A DNA stretch of 64,000 nt from Thermofilaceae archaeon (GTDB lineage: Archaea; Thermoproteota; Thermoprotei; Thermofilales; Thermofilaceae): positions 46,336-110,335 of the forward strand of contig JAVYWK010000002.1 of NCBI GenBank assembly GCA_038727095.1, read 5' to 3'. The notes beneath the pieces were generated by a model that searched no databases, was not told the DNA's origin, and was given only the letters and a program-made list of their open reading frames with translations. Positions 20,623 through 30,376 of the stretch are shown here, in pieces. Within the stretch, counting starts at the first letter, position 1, and each line of letters opens with the position of its first letter. The position numbers and the translations under genes were made by a program.

Positions 20623-21681
20623 ATGGTAGTACCCAAGATCGAAGTAGCGCTTTCGCCAGAAGACTTCCGTAAATACCCCTTCCTCCCCGAGGCAATAGAT
20701 CGGGCAAAACGGCTGGGCATCACCCTCAACGACTTGGCGACTCCGGCTTTAAGAGAGGTTCTCGATCGGGCTGGAACCTACGTTAGAGCTGCAATCGACT
20801 CTAAAGCGCTTCCTCTCCCCGCAGATGACTATGATATAGAGATCCTATCGTATATGACTACGCTAGTTCTTCTTCGCATAGTCTTCGATAGGATGCTCAT
20901 CAGGCGTTTTGCTGTACTATTTTCTAAAAGATTCTCACAGTTTATAGCGAGTGAGGATTTAATTAAAATAATCTACATTTTACATAAAATTGGTATAAAA
21001 GTGAAAATTCTTGATGAAGATTTCTCAGGTTTCAACATAGTAGTAGATGTTCTAGATTATATCGAGAACATTCCAGAAAGTAAAGGGCCGTGGAAGCTTG
21101 TCCATAGGCTGGTTGATCGCGGATGGGTTTTCGTTAACAAGTTTGAAGTTATCAGGCTAGGCGAGGAAGCTCTCAAACGGTTTGTGGAACAGCGGGTTGA
21201 AAGCCTCCAGCTGGACGGCTTAGGACTCCCCAACGAGGTTTTCTCACTTGTTGAGGAAGTAAGCAGGGATTGGAGCCAAAAGCTGAAGGAGATTAAGGAG
21301 GCATGGATTCCCACCGATGCAACGGGCTTTGAGCAAGCCCTACCCCCCTGCATGGCAGCAATACTGGAAAACCTGAGAGCTGGCAGGAACATACCTCACA
21401 GCGCTAGATTTGCGCTCGCCTCGTTCCTTCTTAACATAGGCTTGAGCGCTGAGGATGTCCTTGATGTTTTCAAGGCTGCTCCGGACTTCAACGAGAGAAT
21501 CGCCCGATACCAGGTCGAGCATATCGCTGGCATGAGGGGCTCTAAGAAGAAGTACTCCCCGTACAAGTGCGATAACATGAGAACTCTAGGGCTCTGCGTG
21601 GCTGAGTGCAAGGTACGACACCCGCTACAGTACTTCTGGCTGAGGCGCCGTGGAAGGGTCGTGCGGCATGAAGGCTCCTGA
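20623..21681 (+). CDS. priL: DNA primase large subunit
   Basis: KYPF, LPPCM, HSARFALASFL, PDFNERIARYQVEH, KCDNMRTLGLC, HPLQY. Confidence 0.95.
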   Translation: MVVPKIEVALSPEDFRKYPFLPEAIDRAKRLGITLNDLATPALREVLDRAGTYVRAAIDSKALPLPADDYDIEILSYMTTLVLLRIVFDRMLIRRFAVLFSKRFSQFIASEDLIKIIYILHKIGIKVKILDEDFSGFNIVVDVLDYIENIPESKGPWKLVHRLVDRGWVFVNKFEVIRLGEEALKRFVEQRVESLQLDGLGLPNEVFSLVEEVSRDWSQKLKEIKEAWIPTDATGFEQALPPCMAAILENLRAGRNIPHSARFALASFLLNIGLSAEDVLDVFKAAPDFNERIARYQVEHIAGMRGSKKKYSPYKCDNMRTLGLCVAECKVRHPLQYFWLRRRGRVVRHEGS

Positions 21682-22789
21682 CGCTAACAGGTTAGTGGTT
21701 CAGCTATTTAGAAGCTACTACAAGCGATTAAGGGAGGACGATATCTACGTGAACGACCTTCAGAAAAGAGAGTTTGCATTCACCTACTTCACCGAAGGGG
21801 GAATGCGACGACACATCGCCTTCGGCAGCACCTCAGAGCTGGTGAGATACCTAGCGGAAGCTGTACCGCGTCACGCTTACCACTCGGCGGCCTACTACCG
21901 TGACCCGGCTGCAAGGACGATGGATGATAAGGGTTGGGAGGGGGCAGATCTCATCTTCGATATTGACGTGGATCACATAGACACGCCATGCAAGGAGCAG
22001 CATGACAAGTGGTTCTGCAGGGCATGCGGTTCAACCGGTTGGGGTGCACCTTCCCGGTGCCCCAGTTGCGGTAGCGAGAACCTCGAGAAGCATACCTGGG
22101 TATGCAACGTTTGCATCAGCGTTGCGCGCGACGAGATTCTGAAACTTGTGGATTTCTTAGAGCGAGATTTCGGCTTCACTTCCCACGATCTTTTCATCAC
22201 GTTTTCTGGGCACAGGGGCTTCCACGTGCGCGTAGAAAACGAGGAAGTTAGGATGGTGAGCCAGGACGGTAGGCGCGAGATAGTTGACCACATAAAGGGT
22301 TTGGGGTTGGACATCAGACAGATGGTAGTCAAGACGGCGGGTGGTTACAGGCTACGCTACGGAACGCCGGTCTCTGGTTGGTATGGGCGGATAGCCCGTT
22401 GGTCGATACTGACGACAGAGGAAGAAAAACCTGTCCTAAGCTTAGAGGAGTGGGAAAAGCTCCTCAGCGAGTGTGTAGCGAAGGAGGCTGTCGCCATAGA
22501 CGAGAGAGTAACCGTGGACACTAAACGTTTAATAAGACTACCGAATAGCTTGCACGGCAAGACTGGGTTGCGTGTTGCTCCACTCACTGTGCAGGATTTG
22601 GAGAATGAGGATCTTCTTGGAAAAGCTAAAGTTTTCAGGGATGGTGAAGTAGCCGTGGAATTCGAAAACGAGCCCCCAAAAACTGTCTTAGACATCAGCT
22701 CAACCGCATCTTCGAGAACACTGCCCCTCTACGCGGCTGTGTACATGCTGCTCAACGGAGTCAGCTTCTCCAAGTTTGTCCTGCTTTAA
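21668..22789 (+). CDS. priS: DNA primase small (catalytic) subunit
   Basis: REFAF, KGWEGADLIFDIDVD, FSGHRGFH, IDERVTVDTKRLIRLPNSLHGKTG. Confidence 0.95.
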   Translation: MKAPDANRLVVQLFRSYYKRLREDDIYVNDLQKREFAFTYFTEGGMRRHIAFGSTSELVRYLAEAVPRHAYHSAAYYRDPAARTMDDKGWEGADLIFDIDVDHIDTPCKEQHDKWFCRACGSTGWGAPSRCPSCGSENLEKHTWVCNVCISVARDEILKLVDFLERDFGFTSHDLFITFSGHRGFHVRVENEEVRMVSQDGRREIVDHIKGLGLDIRQMVVKTAGGYRLRYGTPVSGWYGRIARWSILTTEEEKPVLSLEEWEKLLSECVAKEAVAIDERVTVDTKRLIRLPNSLHGKTGLRVAPLTVQDLENEDLLGKAKVFRDGEVAVEFENEPPKTVLDISSTASSRTLPLYAAVYMLLNGVSFSKFVLL

Positions 22790-22836
22790 ACGTGAGCAAC
22801 TATCTTAAAGCTCCTACCATAACGTTCTCCTTAGGA

Positions 22837-23400
22837 ATGAAGTTGCTGACTGAGCTTCAGGGTGCTTTACGAAGGGAGCTTGAAACAGGTGAGCTGCTCG
22901 ACCTTGAAGAAGACTTTTACGACAACGTTCAAAACTGGTTAAAATCGCTAAGCATAGAGACAGGTAGAGACACGACTGAGCTGCCCAATGAGCTCGCAGA
23001 GCGCGCAAAAGCGACTGTTAAGAAGCTGCTTATATTGAGGTTGACCAAGGAGCTTAACTACCTCTGGACACACGGTGTCATACCCGAGAAACGATTACCC
23101 AAGCAGGAAGCCGCTTTGCTAGAAAGCATTCTTAGCATCCTCAGTAAAATAACAGGCGAAGAGGCCAAGGAGCAAGAGGGTGCGCCCGAGAGAGGAGACA
23201 GGTTTACCGCTCTACCCGCACGAGGATTTAGCATGATGGCGCTAGTGTCTTTTAAGAAACCGTACACTAAGCTGGTACTATCGAACGGAAAGCTTCTGGG
23301 CCCCTTCTCGATCGGCGACATAGCCGTCTTACCGTTAAGCGACGCTCACATGCTGGCTCGCGACGAAATTGTTCAAGTAATCATGAGCTTCGCCGTTTGA
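22837..23400 (+). CDS. GINS subunit Gins15/Gins51-like
   Basis: ELETGELLDLEEDFY, LRLTK, C-terminal B domain LGPFSIGDIAVLP; canonical position after priS. Confidence 0.8.
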   Translation: MKLLTELQGALRRELETGELLDLEEDFYDNVQNWLKSLSIETGRDTTELPNELAERAKATVKKLLILRLTKELNYLWTHGVIPEKRLPKQEAALLESILSILSKITGEEAKEQEGAPERGDRFTALPARGFSMMALVSFKKPYTKLVLSNGKLLGPFSIGDIAVLPLSDAHMLARDEIVQVIMSFAV

Positions 23401-23607
23401 CCCGTGAAGGCTTCTTAACTCCGCTCTCGAGGTTCATAAGAGAAGAAACTGAAACAAAGATTAGAGAGTTACTCGCTCCTCGCAGAGCCTGGTTCATGTA
23501 CGCCGCCTCTCTTCCGGATAGCCCAACCTGGGAGACGGAGGTTACTAGCAGTGCGTGCCTGGGGCTAAACGTTTTTAAACTCGGGAAAACAGCAAGGGGG
23601 GGTCAAG

Positions 23608-23892
23608 ATGAAGTTCCCAAGGACGATCAGAACATATTGTCCGCGCTGCAAGGCTCATACTAATCATAGCGTAGCACTCTATAAGCCCGGAAAGAGACGG
23701 ACATTAGCAGAGGGGCAGCGACGCTACTTAAGGAAGCAGAGAGGCTATGGATCAAAGAGGAAGCCCGAGCAGAAGGAGTTCGCCAAGGTCACCGAGAAGC
23801 AAGTGATTAAGATAAAATGCTCTGTTTGCGGTTACATGCAACACAGAAGCTTGGGTAGAATGAAAAAGCTAGAAATAGTTGAAAAAGCGTGA
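23608..23892 (+). CDS. rpl44e: 50S ribosomal protein L44e
   Basis: [25 protein letters not shown]. Confidence 0.96.
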   Translation: MKFPRTIRTYCPRCKAHTNHSVALYKPGKRRTLAEGQRRYLRKQRGYGSKRKPEQKEFAKVTEKQVIKIKCSVCGYMQHRSLGRMKKLEIVEKA

Positions 23893-23897
23893 TATGT

Positions 23898-24104
23898 ATG
23901 CCTAAATTCAGTAAAATTCTCAAACCAGTTCCCAGAAGCCGATTCATCCTAGTGAGATGCCCTGACTGTGGTAACGAGCAGGTATTGTTCAGCCATTCAT
24001 CAACGCTAGTTTCCTGCAGGGTCTGCGGTCGCGGGCTGGCTAAGCCGACCGGAGGTAAAGCCATCATAGAGGCACAAACCGTTCGTGTCTTAGATAAGTT
24101 CTAG
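23898..24104 (+). CDS. rps27e: 30S ribosomal protein S27e
   Basis: PRSRFILVRCPDCGNEQ, CRVCG, PTGGKA. Confidence 0.96.
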   Translation: MPKFSKILKPVPRSRFILVRCPDCGNEQVLFSHSSTLVSCRVCGRGLAKPTGGKAIIEAQTVRVLDKF

Positions 24105-24113
24105 GGGGTTCTG

Positions 24114-24911
24114 GTGACTGCCGTTAAACGGATTCCCAAGCTTCACAAGCTTGTGATCGGAACCGTAAAGAGGATTGAAGAACATGGAGCATTCGTGACA
24201 TTAGATGAGTACCTTAATGTTGAAGCTTACGTACCCTTAAACGAAGTGTCACACTCGTGGTTCAAGAGTATTAGGGAGGTTCTTAAAGTTGGCCAGAAAA
24301 GGGTGTTTAAGGTTATCCGCGTTGACCCGCAACGTGGCCTCATTGATGTCTCTCTGAAAAGGGTTACCGATAACGAAAGAAGGAAGAAGATGCAGGAATG
24401 GAAACGTTTCCAGAGGTCGATGAAATTGTTAGAATTAGCAGCTGAAAAACTGAAAAAAAGCATAGAGGAGGCACTTGAAGTAACCCTAAACCTCGAAAGC
24501 CTTTACGGTGATACCCTCGCCGGCTTAGAGGCTTCCGTAAAGGAGGGTCCGGCAGCTCTCCAGCGAGCAGGAGTCAAGGAGCCTTGGCTCTCGGTACTCT
24601 ACGAGTTGGCTAAAAGCTACGTAAAAATACCAAAAACAAAAGCGAGTGTAATGTTCTCAATAAGTTGCACCCATGGTGATGGTGTAGAAAGACTGCGGAG
24701 TATTCTCGGAGCCTGGAGTGAGGTGATCAAGTCCTTCCCCGATCTAACGGCCCGGTTCTACGTCGTTGGACCGCCTAGGTATAGGATGGACATAGAGGCT
24801 TATGATCCAAAACGAATTGAAGCGTTCATCAATGAAGTTAGTAAGGTAATTCTTGCTAGAGCAAGCGAAAAAGGCTGTCAGGCATCCTTGGAGAGGTTAA
24901 AATTGGAGTAG
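24114..24911 (+). CDS. eif2a: Translation initiation factor 2 alpha subunit
   Basis: S1 domain GAFVTLDEY, IDVSLKRV, GPPRYR. Confidence 0.95.
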   Translation: MTAVKRIPKLHKLVIGTVKRIEEHGAFVTLDEYLNVEAYVPLNEVSHSWFKSIREVLKVGQKRVFKVIRVDPQRGLIDVSLKRVTDNERRKKMQEWKRFQRSMKLLELAAEKLKKSIEEALEVTLNLESLYGDTLAGLEASVKEGPAALQRAGVKEPWLSVLYELAKSYVKIPKTKASVMFSISCTHGDGVERLRSILGAWSEVIKSFPDLTARFYVVGPPRYRMDIEAYDPKRIEAFINEVSKVILARASEKGCQASLERLKLE

Positions 24912-24918
24912 TGGGGCT

Positions 24919-25107
24919 ATGGTTTCAAGATGGTTATTGAGGAAATGTGCAAGGTGCGGCACTTACACTCTCAACAGGGAAAGCTGCCCTAAGTGTGGCA
25001 GCCCCGTGCGTATACCTCATCCCCCGAGGTTCTCTCCCGAAGATAAGTACAGCAAGTACAGGAGGATGCTTAAAACGCAATCCGCTCGCAATCAGGGATC
25101 CGTTTAA
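24919..25107 (+). CDS. nop10: H/ACA RNP protein Nop10
   Basis: CARCGTYTL, CPKCG, HPPRFSPEDKYSKYR. Confidence 0.96.
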   Translation: MVSRWLLRKCARCGTYTLNRESCPKCGSPVRIPHPPRFSPEDKYSKYRRMLKTQSARNQGSV

Positions 25108-27275
25108 TCGCTCGGGTACTCGACTTTGAAGACTAGAACCCACTCGTTCGGCCTAGAGGCGTAGACCAGTTTGAAGCGAGTGGGCTGGGGGATATCTGGG
25201 CTGGGGCCTCGATAGTTGGATATCGGTGTCCCATAGAACGGCAGCTTCTCGAATATGAAGAATTGCCTCTCCGTAGTTTTGACGAAGAGGAGGCGATACA
25301 AGGTAGCGTTGCGCGCCTCCGGGGTGTCTGCTGGCACGAGCACGGGGTAATTGTCTACGTACCCTATGCCAACGTACCTATCGGGGTCTACGCCGATCCA
25401 GCGCGCCATTTGGTAGCTTTTTGCCAGATCGCCTCCAATGCCTCCGTACGCCGGTGAGAAGTAAACGTAGCCTAGGTACTGTAGTTGAGCCTTGAGGAAA
25501 GGCTCGAATACGACTACGTAGGATACATTGAGCTCCCTAAAAATCTTCAGCGCTTCCTCCTCGCTCGAAAGGAAAGCAGTGGCGATTCTTTGTATCTGCT
25601 TCGTGTCTATCGTAGCATTATCGCAAGTGGAATTCCTTCCCGTGTTCACGGAGATCCAGTAGCCGTAATCCCACCACGTGGCTATTACGGCGTTCTCCGG
25701 CACATTAGCTTTGATCCACTCGAGAGCCGATAGCCAATCCGTGTACTGGTAGTTGTAGTCCAATACTGGGATCGAGGAGGAAAGTATCAAAGCAGGTTGG
25801 TGCGTTGCTGCTATGGAGTTCGTGTCAGCCACGGTGAGGAGAGGCAGTAAGAATACTATCGCGAGGGGAAGGAGAGCTAGCTCAAAGCCTGGTTGAAGCC
25901 CTCTTTTAGCACTCGACTTCTGCTGCCACAATCGTGCAGCCCCCTCCGTAAGCTCACTTATCGCATACCCGGCTAGCAACGCTACGGCCGGCGCCATGAG
26001 TAAGGTAAGCCTAGCCATAGAAGCGGCAGCGTAGGCTGAGCTGACCCAGAACAGCAGCATGAGAGTATCTTCAATCCTCCTCCTATACCTGTAACCACAC
26101 AGTAGGGCTCCGAAACCCGAAAGGGGGAGGAGCATGCCGTAACTGCCGTAGATAGAGGCCCATGTGGGTACTGCATGCTCAGCTACTGTGGTTACTCCAA
26201 CCTCGCGGAGCACAGGAAGCAGGATGGCCATGATTCTGCCTGGAAGCGCCGTCAGGAGCCCTGTGTACCATAGGATCATAGCTGCAACCGCTAGCCCTCC
26301 CACAACGATCGCTGCAGTCTTCCTATCTAAGCGCAAACCCCTTCTAGGAACGTGGTGCAACATAACGAGTATGGATAGTAACTTAGCCGACCACGGCAGC
26401 AACGCGGCATACGAAGTGAAAGCGTAGACAGGTCCGAAGCGCGGCATAACCGCTATTAAAACATCGGCGGTTACAATGAATGGGAGGAAGACCTTCGCTA
26501 CGTTGACGTCCTCGGGGTTGAAGAGTAGCCAGACCAGTACAGTGAGGGAGACGAGATTCCAAGCGTATAGGAAGCCGCCCCAAGCTAGGATAACTATACC
26601 CATTGCTAAACCGGCGAGGAAGCCCCTCAGCATTGATCCTCTTCTTGCCCCGCCGATCAACAGGTAGAGCGCCAGCAGCATGAATGGTATAGCTACACCC
26701 TCATGCTTTGCTCCTAAGTTCGTCCTGAAGATGAAAGGCCAGCTACAAGCCATGAGTACTGCGGCGAGAACCCCCGCGCTCGAATCCCAGACTTCCTTAG
26801 CCAGAAGGTAAGCGAAGATGCTAGCCGTCGCAGCCCACACAGCCGGAATAAAGGCGTGCGCCGTGTATAGATCCACTTCAAATCCGAGACCCTTCAGAAG
26901 CGTGTAAACCGAGGCGGAGAAGAGAGGCGCTCCTAATTGGCTGCTTGCCCTTAAATCCCTCCCAAAGGGCGCCCAGAACAACGTATCCCTCTCCCCCCTA
27001 TCAAACCACCAGCTGAACCACCACGCAAGCCCTCCTAGTAGGCTGCCATTACCCTTCTCAAGCAGTTTCTCAGCCAGGTAATACTCGTAGAAGGGGTCGA
27101 ACTCGTTTAGGTAAACCCCCCATCTGAGAGGAGCCAATCTCAAAAGAAGAGCTATGACGACACTGAAGGCAATGACTAATGTGGCAATGAAGCTCGGTTT
27201 CGCGAAGAAGCTTACGCACGCGGTAAGCCCTCGCGCGAGTTTAGCTGGTAGCGACTTCCAGCTCTCGTTCCTCAT
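25104..27275 (-). CDS. aglB: Oligosaccharyltransferase AglB (STT3 family)
   Basis: LNEFDPFY, TVAEH, WWDYGYWI, DNAT, GDLAKSYQM (DK motif); multi-TM N-terminal region. Confidence 0.95.
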   Translation of the reverse strand: MRNESWKSLPAKLARGLTACVSFFAKPSFIATLVIAFSVVIALLLRLAPLRWGVYLNEFDPFYEYYLAEKLLEKGNGSLLGGLAWWFSWWFDRGERDTLFWAPFGRDLRASSQLGAPLFSASVYTLLKGLGFEVDLYTAHAFIPAVWAATASIFAYLLAKEVWDSSAGVLAAVLMACSWPFIFRTNLGAKHEGVAIPFMLLALYLLIGGARRGSMLRGFLAGLAMGIVILAWGGFLYAWNLVSLTVLVWLLFNPEDVNVAKVFLPFIVTADVLIAVMPRFGPVYAFTSYAALLPWSAKLLSILVMLHHVPRRGLRLDRKTAAIVVGGLAVAAMILWYTGLLTALPGRIMAILLPVLREVGVTTVAEHAVPTWASIYGSYGMLLPLSGFGALLCGYRYRRRIEDTLMLLFWVSSAYAAASMARLTLLMAPAVALLAGYAISELTEGAARLWQQKSSAKRGLQPGFELALLPLAIVFLLPLLTVADTNSIAATHQPALILSSSIPVLDYNYQYTDWLSALEWIKANVPENAVIATWWDYGYWISVNTGRNSTCDNATIDTKQIQRIATAFLSSEEEALKIFRELNVSYVVVFEPFLKAQLQYLGYVYFSPAYGGIGGDLAKSYQMARWIGVDPDRYVGIGYVDNYPVLVPADTPEARNATLYRLLFVKTTERQFFIFEKLPFYGTPISNYRGPSPDIPQPTRFKLVYASRPNEWVLVFKVEYPSD

Positions 27276-27333
27276 CGCCTAGATGCTGCCAACAGGGCTT
27301 AAAAATTTGTGCGAGACCTCCCGTTGATACGCT

Positions 27334-27498
27334 CTACCTTTTTCGAACCCTAACCACTATTTTCTTAGGCTCTAGGGAGAGCTTGCGGAGACACCTAGGG
27401 CACTTGTCCCCATATCTGGACAATACCTTTAGTACATCTACCGGTTTCTCGCCGGCGTGAAGCACGTAAGAGCACCAACTGCAAACCACGTAGTACAT
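27334..27498 (-). CDS. Small zinc-ribbon protein (54 aa), not in the ORF track
   Basis: MYYVVCSWCSYVLHAGEKPVDVLKVLSRYGDKCPRCLRKLSLEPKKIVVRVRKR; CxxC...CPxC; fills the gap, co-oriented with neighbours. Confidence 0.8.
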   Translation of the reverse strand: MYYVVCSWCSYVLHAGEKPVDVLKVLSRYGDKCPRCLRKLSLEPKKIVVRVRKR

Positions 27499-27571
27499 AG
27501 CGCTAGAAGCTATGGAGGGGGTGGTTTTAGTGCATATCGGCTAACTCAAGTACAATATTGCCGCCAGCGTT

Positions 27572-29257
27572 TCAAAGCACAACCCTGCGAAGGAGTATCA
27601 AGGCTACGAGAGCGTAGGCCAAAAGGAGGGTCGAAGTGAAAAGAGCCGCTGGGATTGCCATTGCCTCAGCCATGTTCACTACGAGTACAGTGAGTGTTAC
27701 ATCGCTGCCCATAACCATCATCGTTGCGCCTGTTTCTCCGAGCGAGCTTAGAAGAGCGAGGACAGCCCCAGCCACTATCCCACGCTTAAGCATGGGAAGC
27801 GTTATTGTCTCCAGAGCATCATAGGGCGATGCGCCAAGCGTTCGTGCAACCTCCTCAAACGTCTCGGGCTTTATGCTCTCGCTAGCTGACATGAGGGTTT
27901 CGAACACGACTGGCGTCGTGAAAGCTATGTGCACCACTATCGTGAGCCAGATGCTGGGATGCGCCAGCCGAAGACCGTTTTCACCGTATAGTAAGAGGGC
28001 TGAAAGGCCTGTCGCACTCGTTGGAACGACCAGTGGGATCCTAAAGAGGGCTCTGATAACTGGTACCAATCTTGTCCCCCTGATAGCCGTGAAAAGCAGG
28101 ATCGAGAGGTAGGTGGCAATGAGTGTGGAAAGGCCCGCGACAACTAGTGAATTTAAGGCGGCCCTTATGATGAGAGGCCAGTAACCAACAGGACCAAACA
28201 CTTGGTAGAGGATGCCTCCCTCAACTCTCCCGGTGTATGGATCACGGCTCCAGTACTCGATCGTACTCTTCATCACGAAAAGCACGGGAAGAAGGACTAC
28301 TAGGAAGAGTACAGCTACAATGAATGCTTTGAATGAGCTTGTCAGAAAACGCCCATGTGAAAGCTTAGACTCAATCTTTACTAGCATTCGTTCGACTCTT
28401 GTATCCTTCACTTCCCTACCCAGTCCTATTCTCTTAGATAAGAGTTCGATCGGCAGCACAAGGGCCATAGTTGATGCAACCATGAGGCTAGCGAGAAAAC
28501 TGGCTAACCCGAAGCGTAGTACCCCGACAAGCCTGACTATAGCGACGCTTGCAGGTACGTTTACTCCGGCAACGATAACGCTGGCCCCCGTCTCCCCGAG
28601 CGAGCGGGTGAGCGCGAGCACAGAACCTGAAACTAAGCTCGGTAGCACGAGGGGAAGAACCACGCGGCGGAACGTGGTGAGAGTGGATGCCCCTAAGGAT
28701 CTAGAAACGAGCTCATAGGCTTCTCCTAGAGTCTCCAACGCTGCTGTTAGGGGCCTGACAAGGTACGGGAGAGAGAGAGCCACATGTGTTATCAATAGGA
28801 GCGCGGGCACATTGATCACGGGTATCACGAATTCCTGGGAGATGATCCCCTTACCAAGGTTGAAGAATGACGCTACACCGAGTGGACTGCTCCACGTTAT
28901 TAACACGGAGAAACCGAATGCTGAAGTCGGTAGCACTAAAGCGAGGGTAACTACGTTCTCAAGAAACTCGTACCCCCTGATGCGGCGACGCGATATGATG
29001 TAAGCAAGAGGTACTCCCATGGCCAAGTTTAACGCAAGCGTCGATAGAGAGAGCCTGAGGGAGAGGGAGAGGGCCTTTACTATCAACTGCCAGTAACCGC
29101 TTCCCACTATGTAGTGGTTAAAAGCCTCCTCTACAACCTGCCCGGCATGCATTATTACGTAGACTACAACGTATAGAGAGGGGGCGAGCACGAGGAAGGA
29201 TGCAATAGTTAGAACCGCTATAGTGTAGGCGGACTTAACGTACTTAACGAACCTCAC
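27572..29257 (-). CDS. ABC importer permease with two fused BPD_transp_1 domains
   Basis: Two EAA-like loops (YELVSRSLGAS, FEEVARTLGAS) and two SLGETGA motifs. Confidence 0.9.
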   Translation of the reverse strand: MRFVKYVKSAYTIAVLTIASFLVLAPSLYVVVYVIMHAGQVVEEAFNHYIVGSGYWQLIVKALSLSLRLSLSTLALNLAMGVPLAYIISRRRIRGYEFLENVVTLALVLPTSAFGFSVLITWSSPLGVASFFNLGKGIISQEFVIPVINVPALLLITHVALSLPYLVRPLTAALETLGEAYELVSRSLGASTLTTFRRVVLPLVLPSLVSGSVLALTRSLGETGASVIVAGVNVPASVAIVRLVGVLRFGLASFLASLMVASTMALVLPIELLSKRIGLGREVKDTRVERMLVKIESKLSHGRFLTSSFKAFIVAVLFLVVLLPVLFVMKSTIEYWSRDPYTGRVEGGILYQVFGPVGYWPLIIRAALNSLVVAGLSTLIATYLSILLFTAIRGTRLVPVIRALFRIPLVVPTSATGLSALLLYGENGLRLAHPSIWLTIVVHIAFTTPVVFETLMSASESIKPETFEEVARTLGASPYDALETITLPMLKRGIVAGAVLALLSSLGETGATMMVMGSDVTLTVLVVNMAEAMAIPAALFTSTLLLAYALVALILLRRVVL

Positions 29258-29260
29258 TCA

Positions 29261-30376
29261 CTACACCCCGGGGTTTCGTACTTCAACCCAAACCTCCAGA
29301 ATCGCCTCAAGCACGTCTCCTCTTGGAGGTTTGAGAGCTCTCGCTTTTATCTCGCTAAGAACACCGTTGTTTTCATTAAATATTGACTCGTTGAGGTGCA
29401 CCAAGGGGTTCACCGGGCGAAAACCGAAACGCTGAGCAAGCTCCTGCACTTCAGGCTGAAGCAGGAAAAGAAGGAGTTCGCGGGCTGCGAGCTTCTTCCA
29501 TGAGTCCACCCACTCAGCTTCCATCATAACGAGCGGATGATCGCTGTAGAGAACCCCAATCCTTGGATAGACTGCTACTAAGCTCGTTCCCCATTTAGCG
29601 CGCGCTTTAGCAGCGGTGCTTATCACCACGTTCTCGTATACGGCGAAGAAGGAGATGGCTTGAGGCCCGTTCTCGACTGCCCACTCGCCGAAGAACCCCG
29701 TAGATTTACCGTAGAACACCGCCTTCGACTCTATCGTCTTAACGATTTCAAGCGTTTTAGGGTTTCTGATATCGTCGATTGTCAGCTGATCGGGGGTTTT
29801 ATTCGCAGCCTCGCAGAATTGCAAGAGCAGCGCCATAAGGCCGCTGTTTGAAAGCATGGGGTCTGTATGACCGTACTTGAAGTCAACTCCCGCCTCAGCG
29901 AGCATGTAGAGGTCGGCAAACCCCTTGACGCTGTACCGAGCGACAAGATCGCCCCACCCTGCTAAGGCGAGGGGGCTTAGCACTATCGGGTACCACTCGC
30001 CTACGATATCGTTACCATGCATTTTCTTCCACTTTTCTTCAAGGTATGGTACCCATATGCTCGAAGCAGGGCTCCAGACATCTGGTTTTACACTACCGCT
30101 CAGTATTAGGTTGACGGTCTCATGCGAGCCTGTCACGTACAGCTTCAACTCCAGCTCTATGCCGTACTTTTCCCGGAAATGTTTCTCGAAAAGCGGCTTA
30201 ATAGCGTTAATCCAAGCCTCCTTCTCGCTCGTGAAAAGGAAGACCAGTTCGATCTTCTCAGGCGCTCCTGACGTGGAGGGAGCTACTCTGTAGCCGTAAA
30301 CTCTAGACATTAGGACGCCGCAGAGTAAGCCCATCAGAACCCCTGTCAGGAGTAGCAAGTAGCCCCTCTTCACCAC
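29261..30376 (-). CDS. ABC solute-binding protein (SBP_bac_11-like)
   Basis: N-terminal TM anchor; KPDVWSPASSIW, HTDPMLSNSGL, YSDHPL; start at GTG 30376 or 30373. Confidence 0.82.
   Translation of the reverse strand: MVKRGYLLLLTGVLMGLLCGVLMSRVYGYRVAPSTSGAPEKIELVFLFTSEKEAWINAIKPLFEKHFREKYGIELELKLYVTGSHETVNLILSGSVKPDVWSPASSIWVPYLEEKWKKMHGNDIVGEWYPIVLSPLALAGWGDLVARYSVKGFADLYMLAEAGVDFKYGHTDPMLSNSGLMALLLQFCEAANKTPDQLTIDDIRNPKTLEIVKTIESKAVFYGKSTGFFGEWAVENGPQAISFFAVYENVVISTAAKARAKWGTSLVAVYPRIGVLYSDHPLVMMEAEWVDSWKKLAARELLLFLLQPEVQELAQRFGFRPVNPLVHLNESIFNENNGVLSEIKARALKPPRGDVLEAILEVWVEVRNPGV

Noticed and set aside
23397-23663. 88-aa plus ORF and small hairpin between GINS and L44e
   Set aside because: No recognisable motif, overlaps L44e and its promoter; the hairpin lacks K-turn or box motifs.
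19482-25107. Replication-translation gene cluster as a novel system
   Set aside because: PCNA-priS-gins15 with L44e-S27e-aIF2a-nop10 is an already described conserved archaeal cluster.
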